Assembly (NCBI GenBank): GCA_038087875.1 | Contig: CM075982.1 | Span: 33,356,001 to 33,420,000 of the forward strand | Reading direction: 5' to 3' | Length of the DNA stretch: 64,000 nt | DNA from: Malacoraja senta | Lineage: Eukaryota | Part shown: positions 47,786 through 58,620 of the stretch, piece by piece | How the letters are laid out: every line of letters starts with the position of its first letter | Position numbering within the stretch: position 1 is the stretch's first letter | Notes under the pieces: model-generated | The model's database searches: none | The model's input: only the letters and a program-made list of their open reading frames with translations | What the model was told of the DNA's origin: nothing | Translations under genes and position numbers: made by a program

Positions 47786-50700
47786 GATACATAGATACAT
47801 AGAAATTAGGTGCAGGAGTAGGCCATTCGGCCCTTCGAGCCTGCACCGCCATTCAATACGATCATGGCTGATCATCCAACTCAGTATCCCGTACCTGCCT
47901 TCTCTCCATACCCCCTGATCCCTTTAGCCACAAGGGCCACATCTAATTCCCTCTTAAATATAGCCAATGAACTGGCCTCAACTACCCTCTGTGGCAGAGA
48001 GTTCCAGAGATTCACCACTCTCTGTGTGAAAAAGTTTTTCCTCATCTCGGTCTTAAAGGATTTCCCCCTTATCCTTAAGCTGTGACCCCTTGTCCTGGAC
48101 TTCCCCAACATCGGGAACAATCTTCCTGCATCTAGCCTGTCCATCCCCATAAGAATCTTGTACGTTTCTATAAGATCCCCTCTCAATCTCCTAAATTCTA
48201 GCGAGTATAAGCCAAGTGTATCCAGTCTTTCTTCATACGAAAGTCCTGACATCCCAGGAATCAGTCTGGTGAACCTTCTCTGCACTCCCTCTATGGCTAT
48301 AATGTCCTTCCTCAGATTTGGAGACCAAAACTGTACGCAATACTCCAGGTGTGGTCTCACCAAGACCCTGTACAACTGCAGTAGAACCTCGCTGCTCCTA
48401 TACTCAAATCCTCTTGCTATGAAGGCGAACATACCATTCGCTTTCTTCACTGCCTGCTGCACCTGCATGCCTACTTTCAATGACTGGTGTACCATGACAC
48501 CCAGGTCTCGCTGCATCTCCCCATTTCCTAATCGGCCACCATTTAGATAATAGTCTGCCTTCCCGTTTTTGCTACCAAAGTGGATAACCTCACATTTATC
48601 CACATTATACTGCATCTGCCAAACATTTGCCCACTCACCCAGCCTATCCAAGTCACCTTGCAGTCTCCTAGCATCCTCCTCACAGCTAACACTGCCCCCC
48701 AGCTTAGTGTCATCCGCAAACTTGGAGATGTTGCTTTCAATTCCCTCGTCCAGATCATTAATATAAATTGTAAATAGCTGGGGTCCCAGCACTGAGCCTT
48801 GTGGTACCCCACTAGTCACTGCCTGCCATTGTGAAAAGGACCCGTTTACTCCTACTCTTTGCTTCCTGTTTGCCAGCCAGTTCTCTATCCACATCAATAC
48901 TGAACCCCCAATACCGTGTGATTTAAGTTTGTATCCTAATCTCTTATGTGGTACCTTGTCGAAAGCCTTCTGAAAGTCCAGATACAACACATCCACTGGT
49001 TCTCCCCTATCCACTCTACTAGTTACATCCTCGAAAAATTCTATAAGATTCGTCAGACACGATTTACCTTTCGTAAATCCATGCTGACTTTGTCCAATGA
49101 TTTCACCACTTTCTAAATGTGCTGCTATCCCATCTTTAATAACTGACTCTAGCAGTTTCCCCACTACCGATGTTAGACTAACTGGTCTGTAATTCCCCGT
49201 TTTCTCTCTCCCTCCCTTCTTAAAAAGTGGGGTTACGTTTGCTACCCTCCAATCCTCAGGAACTACTCCAGAATCTAAAGAGTTTTGAAAAATTATCACT
49301 AATGCATCCACTATTTCTGGAGCTACTTCCTTAAGTACTCTGGGATGCAGCCTATCTGGCCCTGGTGATTTATCGGCCTTTAATCCATTCAATTTACCCA
49401 ACACCACTTCCCGACTAACCTGGATTTCACTCAGTTCCTCCATCTCCTTTGACCCGCGGCCCCCTGCTATTTCCGGCAGATTATTTATGTCTTCCTTAGT
49501 GAAGACGGAACCAAAGTAGTTATTCAATTGGTCTGCCATATCCTTGTTCCCCATGATCAATTCACCTGTTTCTGACTGCAAGGGACCTACATTTGATTTA
49601 ACTAATCTCTTTCTCTTCACATATCTATAAAAACTTTTGCAGTCAGTTTTTATGTTCCCTGCCAGTTTCCTTTCATAATCTATTTTCCCTTTCCTAATTA
49701 AGCCCTTTGTCCTCCTCTGCTGGTCTCTGAATTTCTCCCAGTCCTCTGGTATGCTGCTTTTTCTGGCTAATTTGTACGCATCATCTTTTGCTTTGATACT
49801 ATCCCTGATTTCCCTTGTTATCCACGGATGCACTACCTTCCTTGATTTATTCTTTTGCCAAACTGGGATGAACAATTTTTGTAGTTCATCCATGCAGTCT
49901 TTAAATGCCTTCCATTGCATATCCACCGTCAACCCTTTTAGAACTAATTGCCAGTCAATCTTGGCCAATTCACGTCTCATACCCTCAAAGTTACCTTTCT
50001 TTAAGTTCAGAACCGTTGTTTCTGAATTAACAATGTCACTCTCCATCCTAATGAAGAACTCAACCATATTATGATCACTCTTGCCCAAGGGGGCACGCAC
50101 AACAAGTCTGCTAACTAACCCTTCCTCATTACTCAATACCCAGTCTAGAATAGCCTGCTCTCTCGTTGGTTCCTCTACATGTTGGTTTAGATAACTATCC
50201 CTCATACATTCCAAGAAATCCTCTTCCTCAGCACCCCTGCCAATTTGATTCACCCAATCTATATGTAGATTGAAGTCACCCATTATAACTGTTTTGCCTT
50301 TGTTGCACGCATTTCTAATTTCCTGTTTGATGCCATCCCCAACTTCACTACTACTGCTAGGTGGCCTGTACACAACGCCCACCAGCGTTTTCTGCCCCTT
50401 AGTGTTTCGCAGCTCTACCCATACCGATTCCACATCCTCCAAGCTAATGTCCTTCCTTTCCACTGCGTTAATCTCCTCTCTAACCAGCAACGCCACCCCA
50501 CCTCCTTTTCCTTTCTCTCTATCCCTCCTGAATATTGAATATCCCTGGATGTTCAGCTCCCAGCCTTGGTCACCTTGGAGCCATGTCTCCGTGATCCCAA
50601 CTATATCATAATCATTAATTGCTATCTGCACGTTCAACTCATCCACCTTATTACGAATGCTCCTTGCATTGAGACACAAAGCCTTCAGGCTTGTTTTTAC

Positions 50701-51129
50701 AACGCTCTTACCCCTTATACAATTATGTTGAAAAGTGGCTCTTTTTGATTTTTGCCCTGGATTTGTCTGCCTGCCACTTTTACCTTTCACCTTGCTACCT
50801 ATTGCTTCTGCCCGCATTTTACACCCCTCTGTTTCTCTGCTCACCCATTTAAGAACCCCACCACCTCTTATTCTCTGTTTATTATTGTTTTCTTCTTCCC
50901 CCCCTACATGTTGGGTCTGAGTGCTTTCCTTCTCTGCCTCCTGCCTCACACACTGTCTAATAGCATTCTCTATTTGAGTCCCTCCCCCCAACCATTCTAG
51001 TTTAAAGTCTCCCCAGTAGCCTTTGCAGATCTCCCCGCCAGGATATCGGTCCCCCTCAGGTTCAAGTGCAACCCATCCTTTTTGTACAGGTCGAACCTTC
51101 CACAAAAGAAGTCCCAATGATCCAGAAAG
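47786..51129 (-). mobile_element. Young CR1, 5'-truncated in ORF1
   Basis: Intact ORF2; ORF1 esterase C-terminus (FLDHWDFFCGRFDLYKKDGLHLN); tail at 47786-47805. Confidence 0.95.
47881..50817 (-). CDS. CR1 ORF2 (APE endonuclease + reverse transcriptase), intact, 978 aa
   Basis: Uninterrupted frame: LNARSI, GITETW, MGDFN, SDH; QHGF, YLDFQKAFD, GVPQGSVLGP, FADD. The MRAEAIG start is conserved in the copies at 53113 and about 26950. The supplied ORF's upstream extension is not conserved. Confidence 0.92.
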   Translation of the reverse strand: MRAEAIGSKVKGKSGRQTNPGQKSKRATFQHNCIRGKSVVKTSLKALCLNARSIRNKVDELNVQIAINDYDIVGITETWLQGDQGWELNIQGYSIFRRDREKGKGGGVALLVREEINAVERKDISLEDVESVWVELRNTKGQKTLVGVVYRPPSSSSEVGDGIKQEIRNACNKGKTVIMGDFNLHIDWVNQIGRGAEEEDFLECMRDSYLNQHVEEPTREQAILDWVLSNEEGLVSRLVVRAPLGKSDHNMVEFFIRMESDIVNSETTVLNLKKGNFEGMRRELAKIDWQLVLKGLTVDMQWKAFKDCMDELQKLFIPVWQKNKSRKVVHPWITREIRDSIKAKDDAYKLARKSSIPEDWEKFRDQQRRTKGLIRKGKIDYERKLAGNIKTDCKSFYRYVKRKRLVKSNVGPLQSETGELIMGNKDMADQLNNYFGSVFTKEDINNLPEIAGGRGSKEMEELSEIQVSREVVLGKLNGLKADKSPGPDRLHPRVLKEVAPEIVDALVIIFQNSLDSGVVPEDWRVANVTPLFKKGGREKTGNYRPVSLTSVVGKLLESVIKDGIAAHLESGEIIGQSQHGFTKGKSCLTNLIEFFEDVTSRVDRGEPVDVLYLDFQKAFDKVPHKRLGYKLKSHGIGGSVLMWIENWLANRKQRVGVNGSFSQWQAVTSGVPQGSVLGPQLFTIYINDLDEGIESNISKFADDTKLGGSVSCEEDARRLQGDLDRLGEWANVWQMQYNVDKCEVIHFGSKNGKADYYLNGGRLGNGEMQRDLGVMVHQSLKVGMQVQQAVKKANGMFAFIARGFEYRSSEVLLQLYRVLVRPHLEYCVQFWSPNLRKDIIAIEGVQRRFTRLIPGMSGLSYEERLDTLGLYSLEFRRLRGDLIETYKILMGMDRLDAGRLFPMLGKSRTRGHSLRIRGKSFKTEMRKNFFTQRVVNLWNSLPQRVVEASSLAIFKRELDVALVAKGIRGYGEKAGTGY

Positions 51130-51367
51130 AAGGAGATGTCCTTCCTCTGATTTAGAGACCAAAACTGTACACAATACGGCAGATGTGGTCTCACTACAGC
51201 CCTATACAACTGCAGAAGAACCTCTTTACTGCTTTACTGAAATCCTCTTGTTATGAAGGCCAACATTCCATTAGCTTTCTTCACTGCCTACTGTACCTGC
51301 ACGCCAACTTTGAGGCCCCGGCCAAACTGTAGCCTCTTACTCAGTCTTCAGCGATTGTTTCCAGCAG

Positions 51368-51385
51368 ATCCTGAGGACTACGCCA
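51368..51385 (-). promoter_or_regulatory. Primer-binding site complementary to the tRNA-Ser 3' end
   Basis: Minus strand TGGCGTAGTCCTCAGGAT, 1 nt from the LTR end; 16/18 match to the complement of the recalled vertebrate tRNA-Ser(AGA/UGA) end ...AUCCUGCCGACUACGCCA. Confidence 0.75.
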
Positions 51386-52091
51386 ATGTTGTGGTTCGTT
51401 TCTCTTAAACAGACAAAAACGTAAATAAAATCAGTAATCAAGCATTGAAATCTTTATTTCGCCAGGCGGATGTGGTAAGACTCTTACAATATGTAGATAC
51501 AGACTATACAGAGTAATCCCATACAAAGGAACAGTGATTAAGTACATGTATTTACACTCCAATAATCAACGATTCAGCAATACCATATCGACAGCGCATA
51601 GTACGGCCTCTTTTTTCTTAAGATTGACAGCTTCTTAAGATTGACAGTTTTTTTTCTGAGAGGGGAAGGTTTAGCCATATCTGGTTATATGAGAAGGCTA
51701 ATTTTCTGCAAAAACAAGCATTTCGTTTTTTTACTGAATGATGCACATTGTAATCTTGTAAAGTAGAAGCCAAGCACAGGCAGACTTTATTCAGAACTGC
51801 TGTAGATTTGGGAGCAACAGCAGCAGGAGATTAGCAAGAGATACGACTGATTGGCTCTAGCCCGAGTGGGAGGAGAGAAGTGAGTCAGTGCCCGGGAAAA
51901 CAGTTGAAAACTGAGGAATTTTGTTTTGTAAAGTGGTAAATCAGGCAATTTATCCGTCAATTTAAGCAAGACGGCTCTTAGCGAGCGGCAGTGAGTGAGC
52001 GGCCTTGTGAGGGAAGTGTGAGTCTTTGGCTCGAGAGTCTTAGGAGAGGACACCACGCAATACGCTTGAGAGGTAGAGACAAAAGAAGGAG

Positions 52092-53018
52092 ATGTCAGGC
52101 AAGCTGATTCAGTGCGATGCTTGCAGTATGTGGGAGGTCAAGGACACCGCTGGTGCCTCTGGCTGCTACAAATGCGAGAAGTGCATCCAGGTAGAACTCC
52201 TGAAGGGCCGTGTTGGGGAACTGGAGAAGCAAGTGGATGACCTCCGGTTCGTCCGAGAAACGGAGTCGTTCCTCGACAAGTCCTACAGTACGATTGTTAC
52301 ACCTAAGGTACTGGAAGAGAGAAGGTGGGAGACGGTGAGAAAGGGAGGGAAGCATGGAATGCCAACGTCCCCGGGTGTTGTACCTCTTGTGAACAGGTTC
52401 ACCCACTTAGAAGCTGTTGGGACAGAAGACGTGTTTACACTGAGCAGCGGACTGGCTTGCGATGCGAATAGGGCTGTTGAGCCAAAACCAAAAAGGCCTA
52501 AGGCAGGCAACGCCATTGTAGTGGGAGACTCCATTGTGAGAGGTACGGACAGGGGTTTCTGTGGCAACAGACGGGATGCGAGGATGGTGTGCTGCCTTCC
52601 TGGTGCCAGGATCCAGGATATCACGGACAGAGTGCAGAAAATCCTCAAGGGCGAAGGTGAACATCCGGAAGTGGTAGTGCATGTCGGCACAAACGATGTC
52701 GGAAAGAAGGGGATGAATATTCTGCAGCGTGACTTTAGAGAGCTCGGAAAAATGCTGAAAAGCAGGACCTCCAGGGTTGTTATCTCCGGTTTGCTTCCAG
52801 TTCCTCGTGCTGGCGAGAGCAGGAACAGGGAGATACGGGACCTGAACGTGTGGCTCAGGAACTGGTGCACGGGGCAGGGATTTAGATTCTTAGATCACTG
52901 GGATCTGTTTTGGGGTAAGGGGGAACTGTACAAAAGGGACGGATTGCATCTTAACAGGTGTGGGACCAGCATTCTGGCAGGCAGGTTTGCCACTGCTACA
53001 CGGGTGGTTTTAAACTGA
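52092..53018 (+). CDS. CR1 ORF1: zinc finger/coiled coil + SGNH/GDSL esterase, 308 aa
   Basis: CDAC..CEKC, leucine heptads, VVGDSIVR, CLPGARI, VHVGTND, DGLHLN. Confidence 0.93.
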   Translation: MSGKLIQCDACSMWEVKDTAGASGCYKCEKCIQVELLKGRVGELEKQVDDLRFVRETESFLDKSYSTIVTPKVLEERRWETVRKGGKHGMPTSPGVVPLVNRFTHLEAVGTEDVFTLSSGLACDANRAVEPKPKRPKAGNAIVVGDSIVRGTDRGFCGNRRDARMVCCLPGARIQDITDRVQKILKGEGEHPEVVVHVGTNDVGKKGMNILQRDFRELGKMLKSRTSRVVISGLLPVPRAGESRNREIRDLNVWLRNWCTGQGFRFLDHWDLFWGKGELYKRDGLHLNRCGTSILAGRFATATRVVLN

Positions 53019-53112
53019 ATAAGGGGGGTGGGGTGTCGAATGGGATAGTGGAGGATGGAGTTAAAGGGAAAGGGTTTCTTAAATGTGTGAGCTAGAGACA
53101 GAGGAGTGTAAA

Positions 53113-56049
53113 ATGAGGGTAGAAGCAATAGGTAGCAAGGTGAAAAGTAAAGGTGGAAGACAGACAAAACCAGGGCAAAAATCAAAAAGGGCCAATTTTC
53201 AACATAATTGTATAAGGGGTAAGAGTGTTGTGAAAACAAGCCTGAAGGCTTTGTGTCTCAATGCAAGGAGCATTCGTAATAAGGTGGATGAGTTGAATGT
53301 GCAGATAGCTATTAATGACTATGATATAATTGGGATCACGGAGACATGGCTCCAGGGTGACCAAGGCTGGGAGCTGAACATCCAGGCATATTCAATATTC
53401 AGGAGGGATAGAGAGAAAGGAAAAGGAGGTGGGGTAGCGTTGCTGGTTAGAGAGGAGATTAACGCAGTGGAAAGGAAGGACATTAGCTTGGAGGATGTGG
53501 AATCGGTATGGGTAGAGCTGCGAAACACTAAGGGGCAGAAAACGCTGGTGGGTGTTGTGTACAGGCCACCTAGCAGTAGTAGTGAAGTTGGGGATGGCAT
53601 CAAACAGGAAATTAGAAATGCGTGCGACAAAGGCAAAACAGTTATAATGGGTGACTTCAATCTACATATAGATTGGGTGAATCAAATTGGCAGGGGTGCT
53701 GAGGAAGAGGATTTCTTGGAATGTATGCGGGATAGTTATCTAAATCAACATGTAGAGGAACCAACGAGAGAGCAGGCTATTTTAGACTGGGTATTGAGTA
53801 ATGAGGAAGGGTTAGTTAGCAGTCTTGTTGTACGTGCCCCCTTGGGCAAGAGTGACCATAATATGGTTGAGTTCTTCATTAGGATGGAGAGTGACATTGT
53901 TAATTCAGAAACAATGGTTCTGAACTTAAAGAAAGGTAACTTTGAGGGTATGAGACATGAATTGGCCATGATTGACTGGCAATTAATTCTAAAAGGGTTG
54001 ACGGTGGACATGCAATGGAAGACATTTAAAGACTGCATGGATGAACTACAAAAATTGTTCATCCCAGTTTGGCAAAAGAATAAATCAGGGAAGGTAGTGC
54101 ATCCGTGGATAACAAGGGAAATCAGGGATGGTATCAAAGCGAAAGATGATGCGTACAAATTAGCCAGAAAAGGCAGCATATCAGAGGACTGGGAGAAATT
54201 CAGAGACCAGCAGAGGAGGACAAGGGGCTTAATTAGGAAAGGAAAAATAGATTATGAAAGAAAACTGGCAGGGAACATAAAAACTGACTGCAAAAGTTTT
54301 TATAAATATGTAAAAAGAAAGAGATTAGTTAAAACAAATGTAGGTCCCTTGCAGTCAGAAACAGGTGAGTTGATCATGGGGAACAAGGATATGGCGGACC
54401 AATTGAATAACTACTTTGGTTCCGTCTTCACTAAGGAAGACATAAATAATCTGCCGGAAATAGCAGGGGACCGCGGGTCAAAGGAGTTGGAGGAATTGAG
54501 TGAAATCCAGGTTAGTCGGGAAGTGGTTTTGGGTAAATTGAATGGATTAAAGGCCGATAAATCCCCAGGGCCAGATAGGCTGCATCCCAGAGTACTTAAG
54601 GAAGTAGCTCCAGAAATAGTGGATGCATTAGTAATAATCTTTCAAAATTCTTTAGATTCTGGAGTAGTTCCTGAGGATTGGCGGGTAGCAAACGTAACCC
54701 CACTTTTTAAGAAGGGAGGGAGAAAGAAAACGGGGAATTACAGACCAATTAGTCTAACATCGGTAGTGGGGAAACTGCTAGAGTCAGTTATTAAAGATGG
54801 GATAGCAGCACATTTGGAAAGTGGTGAAATCATTGGACAAAGTCAGCATGGATTTACGAAAGGTAAATCATGTCTGACGAATCTTATAGAATTTTTCGAG
54901 GATGTAACTAGTAGCGTGGATAGGGGAGAACCAGTGGATGTGGTGTATCTGGACTTCCAGAAGGCTTTCGACAAGGTCCCACATAAGAGATTAGTATACA
55001 AACTTAAAGCACATGGCATTGGGGGTTCAGTATTGATGTGGATAGAGAACTGGCTGGCAAACAGGAAGCAAATAGTAGGAGTAAACGGGTCCTTTTCACA
55101 ATGGCAGGCAGTGACTAGTGGGGTACCGCAAGGCTCAGTGCTGGGACCCCAGCTATTTACAATATATATTAATGACCTGGATGAGGGAATTGAAGGCAAT
55201 ATCTCCAAGTTTGCGGATGACACTAAGCTGGGGGGCAGTGTTAGCTGTGAGGAGGATGCTAGGAGACTGCAAGGTGACTTGGATAGGCTGGGTGAGTGGG
55301 CAAATGTTTGGCAGATGCAGTATAATGTGGATAAATGTGAGGTTATCCATTTTGGTGGTAAAAACAGGAAAGCAGACTATTTTCTAAATGGTGGCCGACT
55401 AGGAAAAGGGGAGATGCAGCGAGACCTGGGTGTCATGGTACACCAGTCATTGAAAGTAGGCATGCAGGTGCAGCAGGCAGTGAAGAAAGCAAATGGTATG
55501 TTAGCTTTCATAGCAAAAGGATTTGAGTATAGGGGCAGGGAGGTTCTACTGCAGTTGTACAGGGTCTTGGTGAGACCACACCTGGAGTATTGCGTACAGT
55601 TTTGGTCTCCAAATCTGAGGAAGGACATTATTGCCATAGAGGGAGTGCAGAGAAGGTTCACCAGACTGATTCCTGGGATGTCAGGACTGTCTTATGAAGA
55701 AAGACTGGATAGACTTGGTTTATACTCTCTAGAATTTAGGAGATTGAGAGGGGATCTTATAGAAACTTATAAAATTCTTAAGGGATTGGACAGGCTAGAT
55801 GCAGGAAGATTGCTCCCGATGTTGGGGAAGTCGAGGACAAGGGGTCACAGCTTAAGGATAAGGGGGAAATCCTTTAAAACCGAGATGAGAAGAACTTTTT
55901 TCACACAGAGAGTGGTGAATCTCTGGAACTCTCTGCCACAGAGGGTAGTCGAGGCCAGTTCATTGGCTATATTTAAGAGGGAGCTAGATGTGGCCCTTGT
56001 GGCTAAAGGGATCAGAGGGTATGGAGAGAAGGCAGGTACGGGATACTGA
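53113..56049 (+). CDS. CR1 ORF2 (APE + RT), intact, 978 aa from the conserved Met
   Basis: Uninterrupted ORF with all APE and RT motifs. The ATG at 53083 arises from a 1-nt difference not shared by the sister copies. Confidence 0.95.
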   Translation: MRVEAIGSKVKSKGGRQTKPGQKSKRANFQHNCIRGKSVVKTSLKALCLNARSIRNKVDELNVQIAINDYDIIGITETWLQGDQGWELNIQAYSIFRRDREKGKGGGVALLVREEINAVERKDISLEDVESVWVELRNTKGQKTLVGVVYRPPSSSSEVGDGIKQEIRNACDKGKTVIMGDFNLHIDWVNQIGRGAEEEDFLECMRDSYLNQHVEEPTREQAILDWVLSNEEGLVSSLVVRAPLGKSDHNMVEFFIRMESDIVNSETMVLNLKKGNFEGMRHELAMIDWQLILKGLTVDMQWKTFKDCMDELQKLFIPVWQKNKSGKVVHPWITREIRDGIKAKDDAYKLARKGSISEDWEKFRDQQRRTRGLIRKGKIDYERKLAGNIKTDCKSFYKYVKRKRLVKTNVGPLQSETGELIMGNKDMADQLNNYFGSVFTKEDINNLPEIAGDRGSKELEELSEIQVSREVVLGKLNGLKADKSPGPDRLHPRVLKEVAPEIVDALVIIFQNSLDSGVVPEDWRVANVTPLFKKGGRKKTGNYRPISLTSVVGKLLESVIKDGIAAHLESGEIIGQSQHGFTKGKSCLTNLIEFFEDVTSSVDRGEPVDVVYLDFQKAFDKVPHKRLVYKLKAHGIGGSVLMWIENWLANRKQIVGVNGSFSQWQAVTSGVPQGSVLGPQLFTIYINDLDEGIEGNISKFADDTKLGGSVSCEEDARRLQGDLDRLGEWANVWQMQYNVDKCEVIHFGGKNRKADYFLNGGRLGKGEMQRDLGVMVHQSLKVGMQVQQAVKKANGMLAFIAKGFEYRGREVLLQLYRVLVRPHLEYCVQFWSPNLRKDIIAIEGVQRRFTRLIPGMSGLSYEERLDRLGLYSLEFRRLRGDLIETYKILKGLDRLDAGRLLPMLGKSRTRGHSLRIRGKSFKTEMRRTFFTQRVVNLWNSLPQRVVEASSLAIFKRELDVALVAKGIRGYGEKAGTGY

Positions 56050-56256
56050 GTTGGATGATCAGCCATGATCATATTGAATGGCGGTGCAGGCTCGAAGGGC
56101 CGAATGGCCTACTCCTGCACCTAATTTCTATGTTTCTATGTTTCTATCTTATAGAGCAAGGGTAAGTGTCAAGAATATGAACATCCTCTAAATGTTTATA
56201 TTATAGAGGAGACATTCATGAAGTTGTGCTTGTTATCTCGCTTGTATTAATGGAAA

Positions 56257-56985
56257 AATAGACAATAGACTATAGGTGCAGGAGTAGGCCATTCGGCCCT
56301 TCGAGCCAGCACCGCCATTCAATGTGATCATGGCTGATCATCCCCAATCAGTACCCCGCTCCTGCCTTCTCCCCATATCCCCTGACTCCGCTATTTTTAA
56401 GAGCCCTATATAGGTCTCTCTTGAAAGCATCCAGAGAACCTCCCGCCACCGCCCTCTGAGGCAGAGAATTCCACAGACTCACCAGTCTCTGTGAGAAAAA
56501 TGTTTCTTCGTCTCCGTTCAAAATGGCTTACTCCTTATACTTAAACTGTGGACCCTGGTTCTGGACTCCCCCAACATCGGGAACATGTTTCCTGCCTCTA
56601 GCGTGTCCAAGCCCTTAACAATCTTATATGTTTCAATGAGATCCCCTCTCATCCTTCTAAACTCCAGAGTGTACAAGCCCAGCTGCTCCATTCTCTCAGC
56701 ATATGACAGTCCCGCCATCCCGGGAAATAACCTTGTAAACCTACGCTGCACTCCCTCAATAGCAAGAATGTCCTTCCTGAAATTAGGGGACCAATACTGC
56801 ACACAATATTCCAGGCGTGGTCTCACTAGGGCTCTGTACAATTGCAGAAGGACCTCTTTGCTCCTATATTCGATTCCTCTTGTTATAATGGCCAACATGC
56901 CATTCGCTTTCTTCACTGCCTGCTGTACCTGCATGCTTACTTTCATAGACTGATGTACAAGGACCCCCAGATCCCGTTGCACTCG
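56257..56985 (-). mobile_element. CR1 3' fragment with (GTCTATT)n tail
   Basis: ORF 56518-56982 MQRDLGVLVHQ...LEYCVQYWSP. Confidence 0.9.
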
Positions 56986-58129
56986 TACTAATCAAGAATC
57001 TATCTCTGCCTTAAAATATCCATTGACCTGGCCTCCCCAGCCTTCTGTGCGAAAGGAGGAATGTATTGTAAAAGGCCAGGCACAAGTGGGGAGGGGGGAA
57101 AGGTTTTTTATGTGCCTAAGTACCCAGGATTAGGTGCGAGTCTTGCTGGGGAGCGGGGGAGGACGGTGAATAACAGGGTGTGTTGGAACCGGAAGGTGGA
57201 GAGAGGTTGATAGAGGTTACCTAATGATGCAGAATTCAATGCTCATACCGTTGCGTTTTAAGCTTCACAAACGGAATATGGGCTGCTCTTCCTCCAGTTT
57301 GCACGTGACACTGGTGGAAACCGAGAATAAAAAGGTCAGTATGGGCATGAGAATGGGAATTTTAAAGCGTTAGCAGCCAGCAGATCCGGCAGCCCTTGGC
57401 TGATCGAACACAATGAATAGCATTGTGGGTAGCAGTCGTATTGGCTCCACTGGTGATGGCAGAGCGGTTGGAGGAGACTGCTTGGAGGGTGGTGGTGAGG
57501 GGGGAGGGGGGCGGGTGCGTGAGGATGGGGGGGGGGGGGGGTGGTCGTAACACTAACATTGGACGCGTTCATTGTGCCTTAATGACTCCACTATTTCCAA
57601 GAAAATACATTGAATTGTACACATGTTAATGTAAACTGCAATCCAAGAGTGACCTGAGGAAAAGAAACCCAGTAAATTGACTATGATGTGATCTAGGGAA
57701 GGTATGAGCTTTCAAGACGGAGCATTCAGTTGGCGACAAAGCAAAAAGGAAAATTGTTGGAAGTAATTACAAACTGTTGGAAATCTTTACGAAATGCACC
57801 TTACCAGAGAACGCAGTGACGTCGCGAACTAAATTCCCGACAACAATTAATAGGCTGTAATGTGCTGCAAATATGGCGCCACTAGGGGCACGAGTTGGTG
57901 ATGTCGCCAACCAAGGAGAAGATGACACTAGCCCACACTATCATCGCAAATAATTTCTGATTTGACTGGCTTTGCTGTTCCTACTTAGTGTTCCATCCTC
58001 GCACAGCATTTATTTCAAAATTTGTTAAGAGAACAATTGATGGAGAAAAAACATGGTTCCCACAAAACATGCAGAGTGTTGGTAGAGATACTGAAAGGAG
58101 GATACGCAGCTTGTATATCTACACACAAA

Positions 58130-58620
58130 TGCCTTTAGAAGGCGCAGGAAGTTCATCATGTCCCCAACAACTATCACCAACGTCTCCAGATTTCGGGATG
58201 CATTACAGCATGGTTTGGGAATCGCTCCACCCAAGTCCCCAAAATGTTGCAGAGAATTGAGGACGCAGCCTGGACCATCACACAAACCAACTCCCTTCCA
58301 GAGATTCCATTTACATCTTACTGTGCCGCGGCAATAAAGGACGAGTCGTACCCTAGCCACCTCCTCTTCGCTTCTCTCCCACCAGGCAACGGAATCATCC
58401 TACCAGCAACTTGCGAGCGGTCCTGAGCAACTATCTACCTCATTGGAGACCCTCTGACCTTCTTTGATCGGACTTTATAGGCTTTATCTTGCACTAAATG
58501 TTGTTCACGTTATTTCATTTATCATGTATCTGCACACTGTGGATGGCGCGATTGTAATCATGTATTGTCTTTCTGGTTGGTTAACACGCAACAAAAGCTT
58601 TTCACTGCACCTCGGTACCT
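58130..58620 (+). mobile_element. Rex1/Babar-like LINE 3' fragment, decayed
   Basis: SGCITAWFGN..LQRI.DAA.TITQTN.LP...IKDESYPSHLLFASLPPG remnants; AAAAGCTTTTCACTGCACCTCGGTAC tail. Confidence 0.65.

Larger units (their letters stand above)
51764..56145 (+). mobile_element. Full-length CR1 LINE (HER1-like), potentially active
   Basis: 5' UTR, intact ORF1 and ORF2, (CTATGTTT)n tail. Imperfect 11-bp TSD ATCTTGTAAAG (51753-51763) / ATCTTATAGAG (56146-56156). Confidence 0.93.
41335..56256 (-). mobile_element. Endogenous retrovirus B: decayed provirus with two LTRs and a tRNA-Ser PBS, expanded by nested CR1s
   Basis: Homologous LTRs at 41335 and 51387. PPT 41925-41937. env TM anchor about 41960-42080. 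Integrase C-terminus about 43950-44200 (HVLIRNWDRRK..PFSVLLT). RNase H about 45500-45800 (LLHALTLPVQLAIIKCNAHT). PBS 51368-51385. Confidence 0.8.
51387..56256 (-). repeat. 5' LTR of ERV B, split by a full-length CR1 (LTR parts 51387-51763 and 56146-56256), U3 end missing
   Basis: Aligns to 41335-41790 on both sides of the CR1. Confidence 0.78.

Noticed and set aside
50818-51174. N-terminal 118 aa of the 1097-aa ORF as an ORF1-ORF2 fusion
   Set aside because: It is out of frame with the ORF1 esterase and not open in sister copies; chance read-through.
57866-57892. YY1/CTCF-like motif AATATGGCGCCACTAGGGGCA
   Set aside because: One G short of the CTCF core; a single short motif cannot be supported without ChIP or conservation data.
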